Shown piece after piece: positions 15,333 to 27,244 of a DNA stretch of 64,000 nt. The stretch comes from Macrostomum lignano (lineage: Eukaryota), in the NCBI GenBank assembly GCA_002269645.1, contig NIVC01001465.1:1-64000 (forward strand), in the 5' to 3' direction. The stretch's first letter is position 1, and each line of letters begins with the position of its first letter. The position numbers and the translations under genes were made by a program. Under the pieces are notes generated by a model that saw only the letters and a program-made list of their open reading frames with translations, was not told the origin of the DNA and did no database searches.

Positions 15333-15397
<65 letters not shown>
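15333..15397. repeat. (CT)n microsatellite
   Basis: Direct reading. Confidence 0.95.
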
Positions 15398-15399
<2 letters not shown>

Positions 15400-16107
15400 G
15401 ATCTAATTCTAAGGCTCTAAAGCCAAAGGCTAAAATAATTAAGCTATATATTTTGCTATTCTGATATCAAGACCTAAATCTTGATAGGCTAGATATAGCA
15501 TTTTTGAAAGTAAAGTTTCAGGCATTAAAACTGCAGCTAGTTTTTTATGCTCAATTTTTCATAAAAACAATCTGCTGAATAAAGGGCAAGGCTAAAGCCT
15601 AAAGCTCAAGCTCAATCATTTCGAAAACTTAGACCTAAGTCGAAGACCAATGACCAGTCACCAATGTCTCCATAGAACAAAATATGTAAAATATACCCGT
15701 TTTTAATAATGATGCCACATTTGTTATGGCCAGTGGTAAATTCCACTACTACCAGACTCATGTCATTTAAACAAGCCTGCGTGAGGCCGAAGAAGAAAGC
15801 ACGATGTAACTATAGTACATGACGTGACTAGGCCTATTTTAAATTTCGTGGCTACATGTTTAAACAAATTATCAGTTTGAAGACACGTTATTCTATTACT
15901 TTAAAACTATTAACAGTTTTTACTTAGATCTAGTTTTATCATATTTTGAAAAGCTCATCTAATATGGTTTAAATAATTTTGGGGTTTTATTCGAATTTGG
16001 CATTTTCCTCGAACCACAAGTTCTAATCGTCAATAAAATAGCGTGCGCTGACAAAATTCAATCTAGATTTTCATTCGAAACGCAGCTATCCACAAAAAAC
16101 GAACATA

Positions 16108-16170
16108 ATGGACAAGAAAGAATTCACATTAATGATTCAAACCAATGCTGTTAAGGGTTCTTCATCGTCG
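16108..16170 (+). CDS. DOK/IRS-like adaptor, candidate exon 1
   Basis: ATG..MDKKEFTLMIQTNAVKGSSSS followed by a strong gtaaga donor; phase 0 fits the next exon. Confidence 0.55.
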
Positions 16171-16373
16171 GTAAGAAAAATTGTCAGCTAAAACGTTTTC
16201 TTTAGTTTTTTACAGTCGTACTAACTAGTCGTACTAGTCGGAAGTTAAAGCTTCTTTTTCGGTGCGGACCCAGAAAACTTTGAAAGAGAGGGCAATGCAT
16301 AAATTCGTAATTTTTTAGCACTATGGCTACGAAACAATACACAATTTTTTTTCAAAATTTATCGATTTTTCAG

Positions 16374-16715
16374 ATATGGTACCCGGCAACAGTTAATGTA
16401 GATGAAGCATCTCGCAAGCTTCATATCAGCTATGAGAAATCAGCTAAAGCTGCCTCACCACTAAAGCGACATGAAAGCAGCAGTAGCGGCAGTTCGGATG
16501 GTGTTGGAAAAAACATAACCATTAACCTCGCCGATTTTAAGGAGCCAAAGAAAAAAAGAAAATTTCCACCGCCAAATCAGGTGGTTGGAATTCGCAATCG
16601 CTGGCCAGTAATGCGGTCATCATATTTGTTTTCCATGCAAGACGAAAATGAATTTGTTTTGTTTTTCGAGACGTTGCGCCGAGCTTGCGATGTCGGGGGC
16701 AAAGAAAGCTATCAG
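16374..16715 (+). CDS. DOK/IRS-like adaptor, PH-like exon
   Basis: Acceptor ttttcag|ATA; IWYPATVNVD..KLHISYEK..YLFSMQDENEFVLFFETLRRAC resembles PH strands plus the terminal helix; candidate donor CA|gtgagc. The 3' boundary is uncertain. Confidence 0.55.
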
Positions 16716-17743
16716 TGAGCGCGCCAGGTGTACCTGGTGAACCCCTGCAGCAGCAACAGCCGGATTTGCGGCAAACAGAGAGGCACTTGAATCCGGTGCC
16801 TTCAATTGACTTTACCGAGTTCAACGGCGGCGAGTATGCAACAGTTGGCGGAGACGAAGAAGTTCAGTTCAACGCGAGCTCCGAGTTTTTCAACATTGAA
16901 ATTGTTGCTTTTGAGTCTTTCGACAACAGTGGGTTTAAATGGAAATGTTTCATTGCTCATTCCAAAATATCTTCCCAGTCAAACTTTTAGCTTTAGAGGC
17001 GTAGAAGGCAAAGACCCCTACGAAGGCATGTACATGCAAATTATCATGTCTGACGTCATAATGATTCATTCTCTACCAATTTCTCTTCACAATCAATTAA
17101 GATTAGTTTCACAGCGCTTAGAATTACAGTAAGTTACATGTACTGTAAATGCTAATCTATGCCATATGCACATTCTAGTATTCTTTTTAGCACAGCGCAA
17201 AACAGGCTCTAAATATTGATCTGACACTGGCTCCTTACTCGTATATAATCTTAGAAACTGGACGATAATCTCAGAGAAATATCATAGCGGACCAGGTGTG
17301 TGCTTCTTAGTCTTTGGTTTGAGTGAACATTAAATTAGTTTCTACCATAGACATCGCTGCGAAATCGTTAGTCAATGGCAAGAGACTGTTACGCAAAGTT
17401 TACGCTCTTCCCTATCGTTTAAAAAGAGAGGCATTAAATTTCTTTACTGCATTTCTGTCTGTTTTGCTGGCAGTAATCGACTCGATTAAGGCAGGGACTT
17501 GGCGCAACACTTTTTAAGAGAAGTTGGGGTTATAAAAGTTACCCAAAACGAAGTTTCTATTTATGAATACAAACGCATTGGCGAGTGCAGGAGACTTGCG
17601 TGACGAGTTACACCTTCACTAAATTTAGCCAAGAAAGCTTCAAAACAAGTCCCGCAGTTTCTTAGAGCAGGCCATTCGCGAACAATGGCGCTCTATGTGC
17701 CTGTGATGAACACCCGAACCCCCCCCCCCCGACACCCTCTCAG

Positions 17744-17921
17744 ATCGGTGCTTCACAGTCCGCCTGGACAGCTATGAAGGCTGGCCGGAGGCTCCGGCTC
17801 GCTTTGGCTTTCACGAGGGCGACAATTTGAAGCTGTACATGGCTGACGGACAGCTGGAACTGCTGAGTGATGACGCTCACTGCCGGCTGCTGTGCAGCTG
17901 GCCCTACACCAGGATTAAAAG
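17744..17921 (+). CDS. DOK/IRS-like adaptor, PTB domain N-terminal half
   Basis: ctctcag|AT..CFTVRL..LKLYMADGQLELL..LLCSWPYTRIK; donor AG|gttggg (phase 2). Confidence 0.75.
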
Positions 17922-17964
17922 GTTGGGCTTCCCGGATTTTACTAGGCTACCAGTTTATTTCAGT

Positions 17965-18460
17965 TATCCGCCCCTACTCCTGTGCCCTTTGATTATCCGC
18001 CCCCCCCCACTCCTGGGCCCTTTGATTATCCGCCCCCCTACTCCTGGGCCCTTTGATTATCCGCCCCCTACTCCTGGGCCCTTTGATTATCCGCCCCCCT
18101 ACTCCTGGGCCCTTTGATTATCCGCCCCCCTACTCCTGGGCCCTTTGATTATCCGCCCCCTACTCCTGTGCCCTTTGATTATCCGCCCCCTACTCCTGTG
18201 CCCTTTGATTATCCGCCCCCTACTCCTGTGCCCTTTGATTATCCGCCCCCCCCCTACTACTCCTGGGCCCTTTGATTATCCGCCCCCCCCCCTACTCCTG
18301 GGCCCTTCGGATATCCGTCCCTCTAAAAGTCCCTCGGTTATCCGCCCCTCTAAAAGTCCCTCGGATATCCGCCTCTCTAAAAGTCCCTCGGTTATCCGCC
18401 CCTCTAAAAGTCCCTCGGTTATCCGCCTCTCTCAGAGTATCTCAGTTATCCGCCCCTCTA
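17965..18460. repeat. 30-bp then 27-bp minisatellite in adaptor intron
   Basis: ATCCGCCCCCTACTCCTGTGCCCTTTGATT followed by CCCTCGGTTATCCGCCCCTCTAAAAGT. Confidence 0.9.
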
Positions 18461-19820
18461 TTCTGGGTCCTTTGGCGGTCCGCTGTCTACCGCTGGGTCA
18501 TTTGATTACCCCCCCACATCTTCGACCCCTGGGTCTTTTGGTTCTACGGTGCTACCACAGTCTATAGGTTCTTCGGTTATCCACCCCGCACTCCTGGACC
18601 CCTTCGGTTATCAGTCCCCTAGCGACTCCATACTTTATCACAGAGATTAATCTCCAGTCTATGCAGTCCAACTAATCAATGCGTTCTACAAGAACTCGCA
18701 GCCTGCACATGTGTTGAGCATTGCCGGCTGTGCCAGCCAGATAAAGTGCCAGTGCATAATAGCAGACATATCTGAATTGCTGCATTTACCTGGCCTGTCC
18801 GCACGGCAGCTTGGCAAGGAATGCTTGAAAAAAAGTTGGCTAAGTACAAACGGGCTTGCCGAAGTTTAATTGCAAGTCTAAGTTAGGAAACTCGGAGTCA
18901 TGCTTCTGCTCAAGCTCAAGGATCACCTGTAGAGAGAGAGAGAGAGAGAGAAAGGAGAGAGAATGCTTGTCTATAGAAGAGATTCATTTTTACTAAAACA
19001 ACAACACGGAAATTCGGGCTGCCGCGATGAGACAGAGGTTGCCACAGTGTGCACCTGGGGAGCTGTTTACAATGGCTCAGTACTGCATTGACACTGTGAG
19101 ATGTTCAGCTCAGTGTACAGCAGTTTGCACTGGGCTATTGTGCACAATTGTCTGCGTCTTGAGTTCGGCGCGGTCCCGTGAGCTGAAAATTTACCTGCGG
19201 GTTAAAAAAATTTTTCATTTTGGCTCGCCTACCGCCCTTCTAGTGAGCTGCCGCTCGCTCCCGTTATGTGGTAAATACTTGAAGTATTTGTATGCAGGCT
19301 CGCCTTCATAGAGTTGCAGGTGTTACAGCGGCAAGGAAGCAAATGCAGATATAGAAGTGAGCAGCCATCTTCACTGCTACGGTGAATGAGTTGGGCTGTG
19401 GTGAGGGAGCTTATGACCGATTTTAATTAGCTTGTATAAGTGAGTTCATAAGTGAGTGAGTGAGCGAATGACTTCATTGGGGAGTTTACAAGTTTATGAG
19501 TCTGACTAAGTTCATGTCTATGACTAAGTTCATGAGCAAACTCATGAGGGAGCGCCTGCTGGGTGAGCCTCTTGCCTCCTTTTGTACCTTTTTTCATGAA
19601 TATACCATTTTTGGCATGAGACTTCACACTCCAGTGTACTATAAGTAGTTAATTAGCATTGTTTTTTTTCTAAAACTTGATGTGTTTAAAACTTCAAAAT
19701 AATTTTCAATTGCTCTCTTTTTGAATTTCTCAAGAGAATTTCCGGACATTGGCAATTTTTCTAACTACTCACAGTAGACTAAAATGCGCATTTTCACAAT
19801 TTTAACCAATTTCCGATCAG

Positions 19821-20595
19821 CTTCGGTCACATGGCCGAAATTGTCCGCATCGAGTTCGGCGCCCGGAGCTGCACCGGCCAGGCTACACTGCGCTTCAGCT
19901 TTTCAGCCGCTCACCGCCCCCAGGCCAAATCCGACTTCGTTGCCGACATGACGGCTCGCCTACAGTCGCCCGCCGCCGCAGTTGCCCAGGATGGCGGCGG
20001 TCGCTGCCCGCGCTACGCGGCCAACCGGAGCAGCAGCGACAGCGATGACGAAAACGCGGACCCCTCAGCGTTTGATGACGACAATTACGCAATCGCCACT
20101 CCAGACGTCTACGCCACGGTGACGCAGCCGCAGGCGCAGTCAGTGCCCAAAAGCCCCGCAATTCAGCAGCGCAGCGGCCCAGCGGTCCCGCCGCATCCGA
20201 CGAATAACGAGGCGGCGACGACAACGTCGTCGTCGTTGACTTCGGCGGAGCAGCCGCGTCGACCATCTGCACCGGCTGTGCCGCGGCCGCCGCCGCCCTC
20301 CGTGCCGCCGCCGCCTCGGCCGCCCCCGCCTGCGCCGCCAGCTGCATCGACGGTTCAGGACTCATCGATTCAACCGACGCCGGTGCAGTCGCCGACGACG
20401 CCCGTGCCGCAGCCAACGCCGCCAGCGACTCTGCCGAAGCCGTCCCTGGAGCGGCGCTACCTGTCGGTGCCAATCCCGAACTCGGTGTCGCCGACTTCGG
20501 GAAGGTCAGCGTCGGTGGACAACCTGACAGCCGGAGCTGAGCAGGAGGCGGCTGAGGCCAACACCGGAGTTGAGGTCGCGGGCTCGACTCGGTGA
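19821..20595 (+). CDS. DOK/IRS-like adaptor, terminal exon (PTB C-half plus Pro-rich, Tyr-containing tail)
   Basis: Acceptor gatcag|C joins phase 2 to give WPYTRIKSFGHMAEIVRIEFGARSCTGQATLRF, matching the DOK/FRS2 PTB pattern WPy..lRryG....fsFEaGRrC.tG.g.F. The tail has DNYAI, DVYATV and PxxP runs. Confidence 0.8.
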
Positions 20596-21479
20596 TTGGT
20601 GTTAGCAAGGACGCAGCGAAATTTCAAAATTTCTGAAAAAAATTGGCTCGTAATTGAAGGCCGAATTTCTAGAAATTGTCTGCCTTTCAGCTCAAAGTTG
20701 GATAATTAAACATTTTACCGTACAGGCAAAACGATTGAATTATTTTCATAGAAGGAACGTGCATTGGATTGGTCTTGCTGCAGAGAGCAGAGCTTTTCAG
20801 TCGATAAAAGTTTGAGAAGGCAGAGCAGTTTCTCCGTGGTTGAAATTCGTGCGCGGCCACATCATTTGGGAATTGTGGGCACGAGAATTGTCTCTTTAAT
20901 ATGCTCGCTCATTCTGAAGCAAGATCGGCCTTTAAAAAGTGCATAGTTTTCAACTTCAAGTGAATAAGCTCGTACTTTCCTTTAACCAGCGGTCATTGGC
21001 TCACAATTTTGCTCAAAAACTCGCTGAAATGATTCTATTGCAAAATATCGATGCCAGTTTATATTTCAATTGCGACTCCAGTGACTACAGTAGTAGATCC
21101 GGACAGCAGTTAGCTGGCCGAAAATATCTCATGAAATCAATTAGTATAAGTTGGGATTCATTGAAAACATTCGACTTCTACCGGTAATACGCAGTCTGAT
21201 ATTATGCTCCATAACTCTTCCATTTTTCTGTTGATTATTATTTTCGTTATTTACTTGTGCAAATTATCTTTACGCGTATAGATCGATTGAGCGACAGTTT
21301 TCATCGGGCTGTTTTTTATTCAAGTGACTTATCGTGATTTTGATTGTAAATCGTGATTGTTCATCTGCTTACGGATAGCTCAGTTTGTGTTCAATATACA
21401 TTAGTTCTCACTGTGTGAAAGCTCAGCTCAGCACTCTGGTTCGCGGTTTCGCGAGTATTAAATGAGGGCTCGATTAAAA

Positions 21480-22540
21480 GTGGGTATTGAAGTGAGGGGT
21501 GGGTGTTGGAGTGAGGGGTGGGTGTTGAAGTGAGGGGTGGGTGTTGAAGTGAGGGGTGGGTGTTGGAGTGAGGGGTGGGTGTTGGAGTGAGGGGTGGGTG
21601 TTGAAGTGAGGGGTGGGTGTTGAAGTGAGGGGTGGGTGTTGGAGTGAGGGGTGGGTGTTGGAGTGAGGGGTGGGTGTTGAAGTGAGGGGTGGGTGTTGAA
21701 GTGAGGGGTGGGTGTTGGAGTGAGGGGTCGGTGTTGGAGTGAGGGGTGGGTGCTGGAGTGAGGGGTGGGTGCTGGAGTGAGGGGTGGGTGTTGGAGTGAG
21801 GGGTGGGTGCTGGAGTGAGGGGTGGGTGCTGGAGTGAGGGGTGGGTGCTGGAGTGAGGGGTAAGTGCTGGAGTGAGGGGTGGGTGCTGGAGTGAGGGGTG
21901 GGTGCTGGAGTGAGGGGTGGGTGTTGGAGTGAGGGGTGGGTGCTGGAGTGAGGGGTGGGTGTTGGAGTGAGGGGTGGGTGCTGGAGTGAGGGGTGGGTGT
22001 TGAAGTGAGGGGTGGGTGTTGAAGTGAGGGGTGGGTGTTGGAGTGAGGGGTGGGTGTTGGAGTGAGGGGTGGGTGTTGAAGTGAGGGGTGGGTGTTGAAG
22101 TGAGGGGTGGGTGTTGGAGTGAGGGGTCGGTGTTGGAGTGAGGGGTGGGTGCTGGAGTGAGGGGTGGGTGCTGGAGTGAGGGGTGGGTGTTGGAGTGAGG
22201 GGTGGGTGCTGGAGTGAGGGGTGGGTGCTGGAGTGAGGGGTGGGTGCTGGAGTGAGGGGTAAGTGCTGGAGTGAGGGGTGGGTGCTGGAGTGAGGGGTGG
22301 GTGTTGGAGTGAGGGGAGGGTGTTGGAGTGAGGGGAGGGTGTTGGAGTGAGAGGTGGGTGCTGGATTGAGGGGAGGGTGTTGGAGTGAGGGGAGGGTGTT
22401 GGAGTGAGGGTGGGTGTTGGAGTGAGGGGAGGGTGTTGGAGTGAGGGGAGGGTGTTGGAGTGAGGGGAGGGTGTTGGAGTGAGGGGAGGGTGTTGGAGTT
22501 AGGGGAGGGTGTTGGAGTGAGGGGAGGGTGTCGGAGTGAG
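21480..22540. repeat. 18-bp G-rich minisatellite
   Basis: Unit GGAGTGAGGGGTGGGTG[T/C]T-like. Confidence 0.95.
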
Positions 22541-22849
22541 GTGGATGCAAGGACATGATTAATTACTTCATCTACGAGTACTTGCAAAATTTTAATTTCT
22601 ACTTCCACTCGAGTAAACTGACAGTAAATAACAAATGTCTGCCTGAATTTGCAGCAACAAATTGGTTGGCTTTTGACACATAACGTTGGATTTACAATAC
22701 ATTTGTTTGCTTAAAGAATGCTATGACAACAAACTTATGCAAAACTAAAAAAACTGAGTTTGGGACTGCACAAAACAAGACTTGTAAGCAACATTGAGTA
22801 AGCACGAAAAGAGTGGAACAGTTAGAGGTTTGTATCATAATTGTAGAAT

Positions 22850-22975
22850 AGACAGACAGAAAGACAGACTAACATTAAGACACTAAAGCAGACGTACGTT
22901 AAGACACAAAAACAGACATATAGATAGACAGACAGACATACAGACAGACAGACAGACAGACATACAGACATACAT

Positions 22976-23018
<43 letters not shown>

Positions 23019-23089
23019 GGCAGACAGACAGACATACAGACATACAGACAGACAGACAGACAGACAGGCAGACAGACAGGCAGACAGGC

Positions 23090-23132
<43 letters not shown>

Positions 23133-23241
23133 CAGACAGACAGACATACAGACATACAGACAGACAGACAGACAGGCAGACAGACAGGCAGGCAGACAGA
23201 CAGACAGACAGACAGACAGGCAGACAGACAGGCAGACAGGC

Positions 23242-23276
<35 letters not shown>

Positions 23277-23317
23277 CAGACAGACAGACATACAGACAGA
23301 CAGACAGGCAGACAGGC

Positions 23318-23374
<57 letters not shown>

Positions 23375-23557
23375 GGCAGACAGACAGCCAGACAGACAGA
23401 CAGACAGACAGACATACAGACAGACAGACAGACAGAAAGACAAGCAGACAGACAGACATACAGACAGACAGACAGACAGGCAGACAGACAGACAGGCAGA
23501 CAGACAGACAGACAGACAGACAGGCAGACAGACAGACAGACAGGCAGACAGACAGAC

Positions 23558-23590
<33 letters not shown>

Positions 23591-23621
23591 GGCAGGCAGA
23601 CAGACAGACAGGCAGACAGGC

Positions 23622-23704
<83 letters not shown>

Positions 23705-23719
23705 CAGACAGACAGACAT

Positions 23720-23750
<31 letters not shown>

Positions 23751-23805
23751 GGCAGACAGACAGACAGACAGGCAGACAGACAGACAGACAGGCAGATAGA
23801 CAGGC

Positions 23806-23892
<87 letters not shown>

Positions 23893-23945
23893 CAGACAGA
23901 CGGACATACAGACATACAGACAGGCAGACAGGCAGATAGACAGGC

Positions 23946-23990
<45 letters not shown>

Positions 23991-24115
23991 GGCAGACAGG
24001 CAGACAGACAGACAGACAGACACACAGACAGACAGACAGACAGACAGACAGGCAGGCAGACAGACAGACAGACAGGCAGACAGACAGACAGACAGGCAGA
24101 CAGGCAGACAGGCAG
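22850..24115. repeat. (GACA)n microsatellite with GGCA/TACA variants
   Basis: Direct reading; source of the VCLS ORFs. Confidence 0.97.
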
Positions 24116-24374
24116 ATTATAATGCACAAAAGCAGACAAGATGAATTGAGCAGCCACACACTGCTGCAATAAACTGTGAAAGCGAACAAGTGCACAAAAA
24201 ATCTGGGTGCTACAAACAAGCGGACAGATAAAGCTGGGATGGAATTATAAAATCTGATACTTGTACAGAAGAAACTTGCGGCGCGAGTCCCTACAGCGCG
24301 ACGAGGGGAGAGTTTGACATTAAATTAGAAATGGGTTAGCGTTAGGGTTGCCTACAGCTTGGAAACAGGGATAA

Positions 24375-25913
24375 CTAGCCCCTGCCTGGCACTGGTGCGG
24401 AATGAGACTCAATTTGGGCGAGTGAGACAGGGACGCCTCGATTGCTGCGCACAGTGCCGGTCAGCCGAGTTCCATTCGCTAGCAGCCAAACGGCCAGCCG
24501 ATGCGACGTGAACCAGCTGTCCGTGAACACGTTATAATTCATGTGCAGGAGTTCACGGCACAGCTCGGCCACAATTCGCTCACTAATAGAGAGGCCGCCG
24601 CACTCGAGTCCCAGTCCAAACTGTGCATTCGCGTGCTCCGTAGAGTGGACTGCGAAATTCCACAAGTAGCCAGTCTCCGACTCGCACAGGCAGTACAGCT
24701 TGACACCGTATCTGCTCCTCTTAGTCGGGATGTACTGCTTGAACAGCAGACGCCCCTTGTACAAGACGAGCGTTTCGTCCACGGAAATGTGCTGACGCGG
24801 CATGTAATTGTTGCTGCACACCTGCTGCAGCTGGTGTAGAAATGGCTGGATTTTGGCCAAGGGCCCTTCCTGAACATCCGTGCAGTCGTAGAAACGAAGG
24901 CAGGAAAGCAGCTGCTTGAACCTATCTCTCGAGAGGGCATTGGGCATTGACAGAAAGGAGCAATGGAAAACAGGGTCCTGGCTCCAGTAGCTGCTGATCT
25001 CCGGCTTTTTGTCCAGGCCCATCAACAGAACAATCCCGAACAGCTTCCTCACCTCATCGTCTGTACAATCTTTCCAGTTCTTTACCAGCTTCGGCAACTG
25101 CTCTTCGTCAGCGCACTCCTCGAATATCTTCCACGCCCTACGATTCGTCCAGGTTTTCACGCTTGCAATAATTCCATCAGTGAGGTACAGACGCAGAAAC
25201 TCCTCTTCGTTTCCATCAGCTGAAGCTGGAGGCCTCCAATCTGGGCGAACCCCTGGTGTTCCCAGAAACTCGGCTTCATTCGGCACAGCATCCATTCCAG
25301 CCTGAACAAACTGCCACTCTGGTACATCACCAACTTCCTCTGTCTGCATGCCTTCTTCTTCTTCTTCTTCTTCTTCTTCTGCTTCTTCGCCTTCTTCCTC
25401 CATAATCTCGTCCTCGACTCCATCTAGCGACTCCAGCAAGTCGTCATCAGTGAAAATTTCTGCGTATTCGTTTTCAGATTCCATGGCAAGAACAACGCGA
25501 GGAAGCGCAGCAGCCAGTGAGACAGTAAATATATAGTTATTTAATTGTAATTGGACAGGGCCCTAAACGAATATATTTAAGACATTAAACTAGGGGGGGG
25601 AGTGAAGATAATAAAAAGAGGGGGTGGAACTCGTGACTAAAAAGAGGCGAGGTTGAAGAGCCAATCAGAAGGCAGCGAGGGAAACAGATAAAAATAACAA
25701 GACTGAACTGGACCAAGAGGAAAAAACAGTAAACAGAGACAAGTGCAGATGAACTGAAGAAATGACAACGACAGTCGCGACAGAGAGAAACCGGCGGGAA
25801 AGGGGGTGCTGCAGCAGCAACTTTAGCGACTGTCCAATAGTCTATGTCCCGATTTCGGGACAGCCGTCGGCAACAGGGGTGATGCTAAACACCACCCGTC
25901 GCGTAGAGGTTAA
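24375..25913 (-). mobile_element. piggyBac-family DNA transposon, 3'-truncated (ORF 24375..25484)
   Basis: Acidic N-terminus, FRQLLSCLRF-like segment, ISVDETLVLYKGRLLFKQYIPTKRSRYGVKLY (first catalytic D), VFTDSWFTS (second D), GTVRSNRG. Homology stops before the third D and the Cys-rich domain. Candidate 5' end TTAA|CCTCTACGCG at 25913-25900. Confidence 0.88.
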
Positions 25914-26182
25914 TTGGTCTGCCTGTAGAAAGCCGCGCATTTCTTGCGAGTGACATATCCAATTATTTCAGTATCAGTGGTGTTAGTGTAAGGAAAGAGA
26001 TGTTGGTATGGTAGAATTTGGCGCCCTGAATTCGGACCCAGGATGCCAGATGGCGCTGAGATTCTGACGCTATAAAAACCCAGGCTCCGGCTCTCTCCCG
26101 TCGAATGCACCAAGATCTGCAACTGAGACATAAAGCAGACAGATCCAATCAGAGTCAGATAAAACAATATGATCAACTCTTT

Positions 26183-27244
26183 TTATTCTTTAAAGGGCTT
26201 CACATCTGCTTCCATCTCCAGAGCAGTTTGCTGCTGCTGCTGATGCAGTGGCTGCGACTGCGGCTGCTGTGACGGCAAAGACTTCAGACCAGCCGCCCGG
26301 AACAGGTCGAAGCCGGGCACCACGCGGCCCTCCTGCAGAGGCTTCAGGTAGCGCCTGCGCGCGTTAATGAACCAATTGTTCACGGTAGTCTTGCTCAGCT
26401 GCGTGTCCCTGGCCAAGGACTCCTTCTGCTCCTCGGACGGGTAGGGCTGGCTGAGATGCGTGGCGAGCCAGTGGAACAGCTTGCGCCGGGCTGAGTAGGG
26501 CAGGTTCGGCCTGGAACCCCGCCTGATGGAGCACCAGTCCAGCTGCCGGCCTGGCGGTCCGCCTGTCGCCGTTGCCCGCGGCGTCTCAGTGTGGTGCAGC
26601 AGCGACGGCGACTGGCTGTCAACTGCCGGGGTCAGCTGATGCTGATGCAGACCGTGGTGTTGATACTGATGAGGCTGATGCTGATGCTGATGATGAGGCG
26701 GCGGCGGTGGAAGCTGGAATAGCGGCGGAGCTCCTCCGGCATTGAGCAGGGGATGTTGCAGCGCGGCCATCGGCGTTAGGAAAGGCAGCCCGGCTGCTGC
26801 GTAGGCTGCTGCCGCGGCTTGCTGTGACATCGGCGGTGTCGCTCCACCAGCTGCTACCGCAGCGGCTGCGGCGGCGGCGGTGAAGGCGGAATAAGCGGAC
26901 TGGAGGATGCCGACCCCTGGCTGGTGGCACAGGTCCAGCGGGCTCAGCTCCGGGTCTTCATCGTCCTCGTCCTCACTAGCGGCGTCGACCAGACCGTCAG
27001 TGGGGCTGCGGATGCCGCTGTCGCCCTGGTCGTCCTCGTCTTCTTCGTTGTTGTTGCCGACCTCCTCGACGTCGCAGTCGGCGGCAGCGGCGGCAGCTTC
27101 AGCCGTCTCGCGCTGGGAGCCGAAGGTGGACGAGACGCCTCCCTCGGCAGCGCCGCTGTCGAGGCTCAGTCGGCCTGGCACCTGGATCGCATCTGCCGCC
27201 GTTCCCAAGGCGTTGCTATGCTGAGCAAGCGGCTGATTGGCTGG
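26183..27244 (-). CDS. TALE-class homeobox protein (MEIS/TGIF-like homeodomain); 5' end open
   Basis: RPNLPYSARRKLFHWLATHLSQPYPSEEQKESLARDTQLSKTTVNNWFINARRRYLKP has the TALE loop with PYP and WFIN (I50). Acidic, poly-Ala and His/Gln tracts are present. No ATG near the 5' end of the frame. The stop TAA lies inside an AATAAA. Confidence 0.88.
   Translation of the reverse strand, partial: PANQPLAQHSNALGTAADAIQVPGRLSLDSGAAEGGVSSTFGSQRETAEAAAAAADCDVEEVGNNNEEDEDDQGDSGIRSPTDGLVDAASEDEDDEDPELSPLDLCHQPGVGILQSAYSAFTAAAAAAAVAAGGATPPMSQQAAAAAYAAAGLPFLTPMAALQHPLLNAGGAPPLFQLPPPPPHHQHQHQPHQYQHHGLHQHQLTPAVDSQSPSLLHHTETPRATATGGPPGRQLDWCSIRRGSRPNLPYSARRKLFHWLATHLSQPYPSEEQKESLARDTQLSKTTVNNWFINARRRYLKPLQEGRVVPGFDLFRAAGLKSLPSQQPQSQPLHQQQQQTALEMEADVKPFKE

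Noticed and set aside
14831-25913. TTAACCTCTA at 14831 as the partner end of the piggyBac, which would enclose the adaptor gene
   Set aside because: Only 6 bp match inside the TTAA and the similarity stops there. This is shorter than typical piggyBac TIRs and plausible by chance in AT-rich DNA.
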